A DNA stretch of 64,000 bases from Auanema rhodensis (Eukaryota > Animalia > Nematoda): NCBI GenBank assembly GCA_964057225.1, contig OZ059896.1, positions 9,362,001-9,426,000 of the forward strand, read 5' to 3'. How positions within the stretch are numbered: the first letter of the stretch is position 1; every line of letters starts with the position of its first letter. The notes beneath the pieces were generated by a model. It was given only the letters and a program-made list of their open reading frames with translations, searched no databases and had not been told where the DNA came from. The position numbers and the translations under genes were made by a program. This document shows, piece after piece, positions 1 through 15,111 of the stretch.

Positions 1-654
1 TGCGAATTCAGCCTATTCTTCTCATACACTGTTTATCATGTGTCGTTTTCCTTCTTTTCTATCTACCGTCTACTCCAACTGATGGGGCAACATTCACAAT
101 TGCAAGTTGCTTCTATTCTCTCGTAACGAGAGAGTAATCCAGTCTAGTGTCCATTCTGCTTGATGCTGGCCTTCATCCACAACCTGCTATATCTTTTTCA
201 TCATTTTCTGTATGTTCTCAGAAGATTACGAACAGTATCTTTACCATCTTTTTTGAGTAATGTTGTTTATTGTAATATCTTATCAATTAGTTTTGAATTA
301 TTTTAATTGCATTATATGCATTTTCTAAAATATATATTATAGTAATATTATTATATAATGTAACATTATTATGGTCATTTTTTTTTAATTCTAATCTATC
401 ATTGAAATTATATTCTTATCAAACTTTGAATACTAAAATGGAAAATTAAACTGACCCTATCATAAAATCGACAGACGGCATACTATTCTTATCCTGTTGG
501 ACCCCAACGAACTGGTCATTCTGGCTTACTGCTTCATTCATCATTATCCCTGTTTCTTTTTTCTGATATCTCTGTTCAAGTTTCAAATTTTACGTAATAT
601 TGCGCAATTTCTGTTATTTATTTGCCTTCAAACTTGATAAGCTTATTTCAGAAT

Positions 655-4668
<4,014 letters not shown>

Positions 4669-5744
4669 ATTTAAACTTGCACAATGTGCATCACCTAACA
4701 TATCTGAAAATATCTGTTCATTTTGAATATACTATATACTATTTACTAAAACGAAAGAAAATTCATTGACTAATACCAAATATAAACACAATTTTTACAA
4801 TATATTTATGTAAATTGATTGTTTTTTTGTTACTGTAATTTAAATTTAAATTATGCTGACAACTTCTTGCATGATTTTCATGTTATTATTTATCATATAT
4901 TGAAATTTTTATTTCTGTTGAATGCTTTCAATATGATTCCAAACTTCATACATAGAATAAATTATTTATTTTTCTTATTTTTTTATTATTTAAAGTTTTA
5001 TAAGTAATTTGATAATAATAGCTCAAATAGTTGAGTTCATATCAGCAGAATTATCAATGTTTCATCCTGTTTCTCTGTGAACTTCTTTATATGCTCGTTT
5101 GCCTTATCAGTTTCTTCTTAACTATAAAGAAATCATCAAATATTATATATTATTATAAATTTCTAAGGATTATTTTAATATATTTAAAGAAATAATGATA
5201 ACTATTATCATAGTTATCAATGAATTATTATAATATCAGTTAAACTATATTATTATATATCGATAGTTGACTTTATTGTTTATATTTTAGTATAGATTTT
5301 ATATATTTTGCATGATGCTTGCTTGTGTCCAATATTTTGGTCAATGAATTCATACATTGGTTGCCTGGGTTTTGTGTGATCTATATATTTTTCTCTCATA
5401 TTATATACATATCTTTCCAAATATTAGCTATATAGTTAGTCAGAAAATGAATAATTATTATAAAAATATAAAAATTAAAAGAAATTAAATTATAAATATT
5501 ATAAAGATATAAATATATTATAGAAATTTCTTGAAATTACTATCCTAAAACAAACTTGATAGTGCATCTGTATCAAGCTAACAACCATTATCGACAAAAC
5601 TGAAATGACTATTATGTACATGTGCACGTATCATATAAGATTTGTTCTTGCTCATTTCAAGGCTTCATTTATTGATATCATAATTCAAAATTTCAGTTTC
5701 TGTTAAATATTTGCTATACTTTGGAATTATATGACAAGATTAGT

Positions 5745-7290
5745 ATGAAACATGGTTTACGAATCGACAATCTTAGTTCACGAATATTGTCAGTTAAAAA
5801 AGAGGTATGTTTACTTTTAATATACATGTATATATATATATATCAATTGAATCATATTATATGATACCTTATACTATATATTATATTATATATTTAATAA
5901 ATATTCATTTTCTTTTATTTTAGGTATGGATTAAACTATTTATAGTAATATTAATATGTTCATATTCTCTATATATAGTACTTAAAGAAGATCAAAGGTT
6001 TGTTTCATCATAACTATTCATTTTCATATTTTATCTTTTTTTTTTTCATTTTAGAACAGAAATTGATACGTTGAGGACAAATGTCAAATCAAGTGCAGTT
6101 GATAAATTACCAAAAAAGGGAAAATTGTTTTGTTGGGTTCAAACTTCTCCAAAATATCATAAAACTCGGGTAGCTTTTCCTAACTATTTGAATTTATTTA
6201 TATATAATTCATTTATTATTTTATAATTTTTTTAAAAATATATTAAGGTACCAGCAGTTAATAGTACATGGCTAACACGTTGTGATCATGGTCAATTCTT
6301 TTCATCAGAAACAATAGAAGATAGCTCAATACCACATACTGTGTTATTTGAATCAATGGAAGATTCGTGGTATCAATTATATAGAAAAACACGTTATGCA
6401 TTTTATCATATTTATACTTCAATTTCCTCAGATTTTGAATGGTATCTTAAGGTAATATTATTATTTTTTAATATTTTAAACTTATTCTCACAGGCTGATG
6501 ATGATACTTATGTTATTGTTGAACATTTATTAGAATATTTATCAACTTTGAATAGTAGTAAACCATACTTGATAGGACATACATTCAAACCATTTTTAGT
6601 TAGTCATATTCGTTTTTTTTTAATTTTCTCAAATCATTTTAATTTTTATAGGAACATGGATATGTTGCTGGTGGAGCTTATGCAATCTCTAAAGAAGCAT
6701 TAAAGATATATGCTGAACAATTATATAATAATACCTCTGATTGTTTATTAACTGGAGAATTTGAAGATCTTGAAATTAGCAGGTTTGTTTCGAAATATTA
6801 ATAATTGTAAAAGCTGATTTATTTTGATAATTGTATACCCACTTGACACATGTATGTACAAAATCGTATGAGTTTTATATACATGTATATAATATTCAGA
6901 AAAATATAATATTTGAATATTCTTATATTAAAATAGAAATTATTAATTTAAAAAAATGAAATGTTTCAGATGTTTTGCCAGCAAAAATATTTTTCCAATT
7001 GATACGAGAAATTCAAAAGGTCAACAACGCTTCCATCCGGAATCACCTTTAACTATTTTGAATAAAGCCGAAGAAACCGATGAATATGCTATGAATACAG
7101 TATTAATAGTATCAAACATTTTCTAATTTATGATATAATCTTGTTTATTCAGGGTGAACAAGCATTTGGTATTGACACTATTACATTTCATCATCTAAAA
7201 CCATCAGATATTAGAATATTAGATGCAGTATTATATAAGATAAAATCTCCTCAACTTTCAGAATTCTTCAACAAAAAAATCAATGATTAA
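5745..7290 (+). CDS. Core-1 beta-1,3-galactosyltransferase-like (C1GALT1/fringe-like, GT31), type II membrane protein
   Basis: N-terminal hydrophobic anchor WIKLFIVILICSYSLYIVL; LFCWVQTSPKYHKTR, VNSTWLTRCD, WYLKADDDTYVIVEHL (DxD), GYVAGGAYAISKEAL, EDLEISRCF, QRFHP, TITFHHL; TAA at 7288-7290. Confidence 0.85.
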
Positions 7291-7801
7291 CTCAAATTAA
7301 ATTGAGTTTTGAGTTTTCAATTTTTCCTTTTTGTTTTAATTTTTTAATTTATATTCCGAGAGGCAAAATCATATACCTTTTGCTACATTAGTTTGTCTAG
7401 AATTATTGGTTCAACATGAATCAATTAACAAACAACTAAAAATCATAATAATATGTTGAAGTGTCATCACATCAGTTAGAAAGTTATACAATTTTCGTGT
7501 ACAGTAATAAAGATTTTGAAAATTTCAAATTGACTATATAGATGTTATAGAATAAGAAAAATTATTCCTGATTCATCACATAACGTTTATCAAGCTTTGA
7601 AGAAAATACTTTCACCGTTATTCATCCAAATATTTGAATTGGTGTGTAGCTTATGTAGTGAACAGACCGATTGCAAAATAAATATTTTACGTAAAAATAA
7701 AAATGTATTTTCATTTTTAGTTTCAAATTGAGTAAATGATCTAAGCAGAAAACATTTTTTTGGCTTTTGGCTGATTATTTGAATAATTTGTGATTCTGGT
7801 C

Positions 7802-8253
7802 ATGTCATTTACATTAGAACCTAATCATGCTTCTGTTTCCAAAGAAGGAGAATTAATAAAAATTAATTTAATTTCAAAAGCTAATCATAAATTTGCATTT
7901 AAGGTATTTAATTATAATAATTATTATTCTTAATATTCTTTTTGTGTTTTAAGATTAAATGCTCTAATAACAAATTATACCGTGTTAAATCAAATAGTGG
8001 ATTTATTGATCCTGGTAAAACACAAGAAATTGATGTTTTGAAGCTTCAAGGGCAAGCAAGAGATGATAGAATTATAATTTATCTACTGAAAGTAATTTTT
8101 TAAAATTTAATATCTTAATAGGAATATATTGTTATTTGATAAACTTTTTTTGCTTTGTTTCAGGCTGATGATTTAGAAAGTGATGCTACATCAATGTTCC
8201 AATATACTGTACACGAAGTTCAATTAGAATTCAAATTTAATGCTAAAGATTAA
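7802..8253 (+). CDS. MSP (major sperm protein)-domain protein, SSP-like, 3 exons
   Basis: MSFTLEPNHASVSKEG...KFAFK|IKCSNNKLYRVKSNSGFIDPGKTQEIDV...; the AFKxKxSNNxxYRV..GF motif is typical of MSP domains. Confidence 0.8.
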
Positions 8254-8454
8254 CCTATATGAAACCAAATATTAATATTATATAAAGTATATTATAATAT
8301 ATTTTATAGTTAAAATATTATTTTAAATCATGGCACATGGAGCGCTGCTTTTTGAATTACAACAGTACACGTGAGATACGTGAACTTGTTATATGAAACT
8401 TCACCAACTCATTTCAAGTTTTAAATTTGAATACGTTATTTATTGTTTAAAAAA

Positions 8455-8935
8455 ATGGTTGTACCAAATGATACAATGGTTTTAAATGTGAAACCACATG
8501 TGGGAAAGTTTTCAAACTCTGCAGGGCGTGCAATACATCATATTTATAATTTAACACATCGTCGTATGGCATTCAAAGTATTCTATTTAATTATGTTTTC
8601 TTCATACATACTTTTTTTTCATCATATATACCACAAAATAATAATAAATTCAATTTTATTTTATTAGGTTAAATGTACTAATAATCGTTCTTACCGAGTA
8701 CGGCCCGTGTATGGTTTCGTTGAAGCCAAAGCTACAACAGTTCTAGAAATTCGTAAACTTAAAGGAAAAGTGAAAAGAGACCAATTTATAATTCAATATG
8801 CTGAAGTCTATTTGTCTTTTGTTATTGTGAATTATGTTACTTATTAAGGTTCCAATGGAAGAAAGAAATCCTAAAGCACCATTCATAGCTAAGGTTGAAG
8901 CCGGTGAAGTCATATTACCTGTGCAAACTGATTAA
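8455..8935 (+). CDS. MSP-domain protein, SSP-like, 3 exons
   Basis: HHIYNLTHRRMAFK|VKCTNNRSYRVRPVYGFVEAKATTVLEI...QYAE|VPMEERNPKAPF...VILPVQTD*; intron positions equivalent to those of the neighbouring gene. Confidence 0.85.
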
Positions 8936-9392
8936 TTTAAAATACTATTTTAATCATATAAATATGTAACATGTTGTTAAAATAATATAAATAAATTTTT
9001 TTGTTCTCAAACTATAATCAAGCGTACAAATGTATTATATAATATGCTAATGAATCACGTATCACGCAAAAATATTAAAAACTAGAAGTTTAGACATATG
9101 GCTTATTATAATAATTTTTGATTTTTAATAAAAATACAATTTACGTGATATTTTTTTCACGTAACTTATGAACGATTCGCAGTTTATCATAGAAGTCTAC
9201 TAAATAATTCAGAAGGCTTATGGAAAAAATGAGGTAAAAATCAAATACAAGGAAATAGAAAAAAAAAAGATGAAAAATAAATATTTAAAATGATAAGAAG
9301 TATTAGTGATAATAAAACAATTTACTATTTGCATATTTATATATATATATATATATATATAAGAGTATTCAAAGTAGATCTATGATATAACA

Positions 9393-10927
9393 ATGAAGAT
9401 CATTGCGTTGGCCGTGATTCTGCATACAGTATTCCTTGGTATTGTTCAAGCAACGGTTAGCGAATATTCACATTTCACATCTTTTTAAAACAAAACATTT
9501 CCAGATTGACAAATGTGATGTATGTCTGAAAATAGCAACTCTTGCTAAGAAATGTGGAGATGGTAAAATTAGAATTATGGTAGTGTTGATACTTTTTATT
9601 CTCCTTCCAGATTACGAGGAGACAACGAAAGCGAAGGCTATGAAGGAAGTCGATGAGTACAATGACGAGGAAAAAGAATTTTTTAAAAATGAATTAAAGT
9701 AATTATTTTATTTTAGAAATATACATATCTTATCTATCTATTATATTTGTAGTTGTCATTGGGAAAAATATTACGCGGATGCTAATAGCCCTACAATTGC
9801 TGGAACTAATCCTCGTTCAACTTGCGCTGATACTGCTTGCTGTCCAGCTTCTGTAAGAAAAAAAATATTAATTTTCAAAATTATATTCTTTAAGGATCAA
9901 ATTGCAAATTTTACTACTGTTGATCTTACTAACACCAACAAACATTTCTCAAAAGATCGATGTGTTGTTCCGAAAATTATTTTACTTCACCATACGGTGA
10001 CAAAAACTATTGAAGAAACCTTACATGTAATGCAACAGGTTCCTGTTTCAGTACAATACATTGGTAATTTATAATAAAAACTGTACAAGTTATGAATTAT
10101 TTGAATTAGTTGCTAGAAATGGAACTATTTATCAGCTTTTCAATGATGCTGTTCGAGCTTGGCATGCCGGTGCTGGAACATTTATGGAAGTTGGAGATGT
10201 TAACACCTATTCCGTTGGCATCGAAATGGTTAACCATGGAGATGAGCCATTTGATACTGAACAGGTAATAATGTAAGCTAAACATGAAGCTTTAATGAGA
10301 AATTTAAAGATAAAATCAGTGAAACTGCTAGTTGATACATTGAGACTTCGTTGGCGTATTCGTGATAACTATGTGATTGGTCACATGGAAATTTCGTGAG
10401 TTTTCCTTGAGATAGACGAAAATATGATTTTGCTGTTAAGCCCTGATCGAAAGCAAGATCCTTCTGGTTATTTTCCATGGTCAGATTTGAATGACCACTT
10501 GGGTATTTTCCCAAAATTATACCAGACTAATATGAGTCCCGATGATATGAAGACTGTCTTAATCAACAGTAGTACAGGAACAGCTGATGAAATTAAAACT
10601 CTTCAAGATGACCTTAAGAAGCAAGTTTTTTATTTTTTTTTATTTTTTCAAGTATTAAATCTTAAGTTGGGGATATACCTACTTGGCAATGCAACCAGGA
10701 GTCCTTGATCGTAACACTACGTTTAATATTCTTGCCTTCAACCGTAGATATGCTCCTGAAGTGTTTGTGAAAGAAGTGATAATTAAAGCAAATCATTTAA
10801 ATTAAATTTTAAATTTCAGACCATAGCTGATGACAACATGATTCTTAATCCTCTGAACAACCAATGGTATCAAGTATCACAAGAACGACTATTGCGTCTA
10901 TTGAACTTACTTCCATTGCTTAAATAA
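9393..10927 (+). CDS. Secreted zinc N-acetylmuramoyl-L-alanine amidase (Amidase_2, AmiD/AmpD-like) with N-terminal saposin-like domain and C-terminal peptidoglycan-binding-like domain; 10 exons
   Basis: Signal peptide MKIIALAVILHTVFLGIVQA; Cys-rich CDVCLKI...NPRSTCADTACC. Amidase motifs IILLHHT, VSVQYIV.RNGTIYQL, RAWHAG, NTYSVGIE, VIGHMEISPDRKQDP.GYFPW. C-terminal IKTLQDDL..WGY...GVLDRNT...AFNRRY. Contiguous spliced frame with one GC-AG intron. Confidence 0.88.
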
Positions 10928-11132
10928 TTTACTATTTTTCTTCTATAATTGACTATGATTCCTGTAAAATACTGTAATATATTCTTGAAAATGATCAATA
11001 AAATGAAATAGAATTAGAATTACATATCTGTCAAAAAGTACATTCCAACTTGTAATTAGAAACTAAAACATAACCCCAAAAAGCTTTATCATATCTCCTA
11101 GACTCACTATCAGTTGTTTAGATTTATTCATA

Positions 11133-11954
11133 ATGCAAGCTATTGTGATTCTATTACTTCTATCAATAATATGTCTTACATTGAGTAATGTATGTTTTTC
11201 ATTTATATTTCTGATTTTTTCCTTTCACTAGTTAATTATAATTGTATTGTATATGTTATTATAATAGGAAGACCGATACAACATTTGTATTGATTTAGCC
11301 AAAAGAGCAAAGAAACAAGCTAATGGTTCGAAGAAATACATTGATAATAATTGAATATAGTACATTATAGGTACTGGGGTAAAAGCTCTCCAAGATGCAT
11401 CTTACTACTTTGGAAACGAAAAAAGATTTTATACGGATGAATTGAAGTAAATTTTTTATTTTTTTAATAATATAAACTCTCATCTTATTTCTATTAGATC
11501 AATCATTTCTCAAAAGATCGATGTGTTGTTCCGAAAATTATTTTACTTCACCATACGGTGACAAAAACTATTGAAGAAACCTTACATGTAATGCAACAGG
11601 TTCCTGTTTCAGTACAATACATTGGTAATTTATAATAAAAACTTTACAAGTTATAAATTATTTGAATTAGTTGCTAGAAATGGAACTATTTATCAGCTTT
11701 TCAATGATGCTGTTCGAGCTTGGCATGCCGGTGCTGGAACATTTATGGAAGTTGGAGATGTTAACATCGTCATTATATTCCGGAAGCATTTGAGAAGGAG
11801 GCTAGTTTCGAAAAACAAAAAATTTAACAATTTATTGTTTTTTTAGGGATTTGCGGGAGAATTAACTGTTACTAATCCTTATAATCAGTAATGGTTCAAG
11901 TTATCTAAAGAAAGATTGGAACGCCTTCTAATTCCTTTGCCTACTTTAATTTAA
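11133..11954 (+). pseudogene. Chimeric pseudogene paralog of the amidase gene
   Basis: Own diverged signal and saposin-like exons (MQAIVILLLLSIICLTLSN, EDRYNICIDLAKRAKK). A 263-bp near-identical copy of 9943-10205 lies at 11504-11766, followed by a frame-shifted jump to a diverged C-terminus (HRHYIPEAFEKE; NPYNQ*WFKLSKERLERLL) with an in-frame stop. Confidence 0.8.
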
Positions 11955-12230
11955 TTTTTTATAAAAAATAAACAGAGTATATGTACATGATTTAAAGGAA
12001 AATATTTATTTACCCGTATAAAATACATCACAAAGAATAAAATTTGACTAGATCAATGAAAAGACATAATTTCTATTTAAAAAATGCAATAATCAAGTGA
12101 ATATGATAATGATATGAGTAAAAATTTCGCTTAAAAATGTTTTTTTTTTCAACAACTATCAGTTGAATATCGTGTTGTGTTTATGGAAAACATTTTGCAT
12201 AAGAATTGAATTAACTACTCAAAATTAGAA

Positions 12231-14163
12231 TTACAGTTCCACTAGATAACCGTTATAGTTATTAACAGTGACAAGCTGTTGCGAAGTATCAAGACTAGGT
12301 CGGCTTGTTTGTGTGTGCCATACTAGAAGTTCCTGCTCCTAAAAATCAAAATGTATTTCTACATGTCAGCTTGTGAATGAAGTTTCAACAAACCAAACAC
12401 TCATCATTTTACTCAAAAATAGATAATATTAGTTATGTTAATTAGGTGATTACACAAAATTACAAATATATATATGTCTATTATACTATTTATTGTGTAC
12501 CTGTTTTCTTCTTTTCCGTTTCTTTTTCATTTTCTTCCTTTTTTTTGTGATCTGATGTTTCCGTCTGAAATCATTATAAAGGATATGGTTATTGTGCTTT
12601 GGTTAGTTAAACATCATATATAACAAATAGCTAACATTATTTTCTTTGATCTTATATTCGTATATGAATCCATTTAAATCAGCTTTGCTCATATCATAAT
12701 TAGGTTGATTACTCTTTGTGTGCCATACAACAATATCACGATCGTGCTACAACATAATAACTAGATTATTAGATACATAGTTGGTTGATTTATGAAAATA
12801 TTATTTCAATATAATTTGTATTTGAATTCTATTTTCACCTCACCTCTCTATCATATCCAAATGGTTCAATATCTTTACGTGTTAATCCCATATCTTCTAT
12901 TAAACAAGTTTCTGGTGCTCCACCACCGCGACCACAAGAAGTACCAAACACTGCTGTCGAGCTGAAAGCATATTGTCTTTCTCTATTGAATATACAACTA
13001 AGTTTATACTTGAATACAACTCTTAGATTAATACCAAAACCAGCCATATCCACAGCAAACATTCGGGATGGATTCCACTTCACACGAAAACCGACAACAG
13101 TTCCATTTACAACATCAGGTGATTCAACTGGGGCTCCTCCAACCATACCTATTGGTTACAGAAAGTATTAATGATTAGGCTTTTTTTTAAAAAACAGCTT
13201 ACCAACAGCCCATAATCCAAGCTTTTTAACATTTCGTAAATACTGATTGAATAAACGAATATCATATGAATTGTCATCATCGCCAAAGTATAAAACACCC
13301 TCTTTATGGCCATTCAAAATCTCTTTTTGATTTTTTCTCAAATAATTCAATGCTACCGTTCTTTGATACCATCCACGCTCGAAAACAGAATTTTGTCTCA
13401 GATTGTATACAATAATGACCTACTTGGATATCCAGTAATTGTTTTGGCTGCTAAATAAGAATATGGTAATCCAGTTCGATTGAGAAGCCGCTCAATATAT
13501 TTATGTTTTTTTTCTGAATCTTCAATAACAATCCAATGTAAATCTTTGATCAACATTAATGTATTTGCCATTCTAAAGAAAGCATTATATAATATTATAT
13601 TTAATGAATGAACTATTTATAAAAACCTAGTTAAATCTGCGAGTCTTGTAGCTCTTTTGTATGTTGGAGTGATGACCACAACTAACGGTTGTTTTGCCCC
13701 AGAAAAAAAAGGCATCTGATTGAAAACAGAGCTGGAAAAACTGATCAAATAGTGTTTGAATAGGATTATATAATACTATACCTATCTAAAGATGTACGAA
13801 AAAATGTAAAAACAAGAAATGATGTGATGAAAAACATGAAAAACTTGAAAATATGATAACGTCCATATCTCATTTGTCTACGCATATCTCCTGAAACTAA
13901 GAAATAGTTAAAATAATATAAATAATATGAAGAATATCAAATACATACCTACAGGAAATCCCCATCGTCTATCGACATCCTTCTCACAAAGTTTATCCCA
14001 AGCTTCAGTATTCCCCTTCACTATAATTGAAATCAGAAATATAGATTGGTGAAGATATACAGATCATTTAGAAAAAATGGGATGTACAAACACAAAGTGT
14101 TCAATGTAAAATATATGGTTTATGGAATAAAATATAAACTTACTTAGTTATAAGCAATTGCAT
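12231..14163 (-). CDS. GT43 glucuronosyltransferase (B3GAT/GlcAT; glct/sqv-8 family) with two alternative 3' ends
   Basis: VVVITPTYKRATRLADLTR, LHWIVIED, RGWYQRTVALNYLR, GVLYFGDDDNSYD, FAVDMAGF, PETCLIEDMG and terminal VWHT motifs; N-terminal TM segment. Start codon is less certain. Confidence 0.88.
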
Positions 14164-14465
14164 CAACTAAAACGCTCGATCGTTGTTGAGCTGAAATCTG
14201 TGGATTTGCTGTACAAGTCAAAATAAGATAAAGATATCAATATAAAAGAAAAAAATCAATAGGTTTTTTGATTAAAATATAAATAATGCTTGTACATATA
14301 TTTATTTTTTTAATAACTTTTGAATAAACAATTTGAACAAAGTATATAACGTATAAAGAATAATACTAAGATGAAATCAATTAAAAATAAGAAGAACAGC
14401 AGCATTATATTTCAAAACTCCAGGCTGTATAAATTTCTCAAAACTTCTCACGCATTCTTACTCTT

Positions 14466-14496
<31 letters not shown>

Positions 14497-15047
14497 GTTT
14501 AAATCTTCATATATATCACATCAACAAATGCTTACTATATTCGGAAAGAAACAGATACATAAACTCAATGTTGATCTCTCTCAATCTCTCAAGCTCTCTT
14601 AAAATTTTCATATTATAAACTTGAACAAAAGAAAAGCCAACTATTTTTTAATATATGAATTTAAACTTTATAACAAATATGAATAGAAATGGTAAGCCAC
14701 TAAAATTATTAAAAAATATGAGTTTATTTGTTTTTCAAAAGATTCAACTCATTAACGAAGTTCTGGATAAAGTTATTCGCTTAAGAGAGATTCACAGGAA
14801 GAACATTTTTAAATATAATAGCTGAAAAGCTGATAAGCTATTGGAATTTGTATAACGAAAAACGAATCCCTGTTAGGCTTGGAGATCCGGGTGAAGCTAG
14901 AACATAGCAGCTAAATAATCAAGAGGCGTGGAAGCTGTTTTAAATTTTTTTTTGCCATCATAGCCAACAATCTTCTATGATCTGTTATTTCATTCTCTTT
15001 CAATTTCTCTTGTTCTGTCTCCTTCCCTTTACCCATTTCTCCTCTCT

Positions 15048-15055
<8 letters not shown>

Positions 15056-15104
<49 letters not shown>
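15056..15104. repeat. (CT)n microsatellite
   Basis: Pure CT run; produces the spurious SLSL/ERER ORFs in the track. Confidence 0.95.

Positions 15105-15111
<7 letters not shown>

Noticed and set aside
9376-9390. AGATCT...GATA upstream of the amidase as a sperm-gene (ELT-1) promoter motif
   Set aside because: Spacing does not match the bipartite consensus and it lies almost at the ATG.
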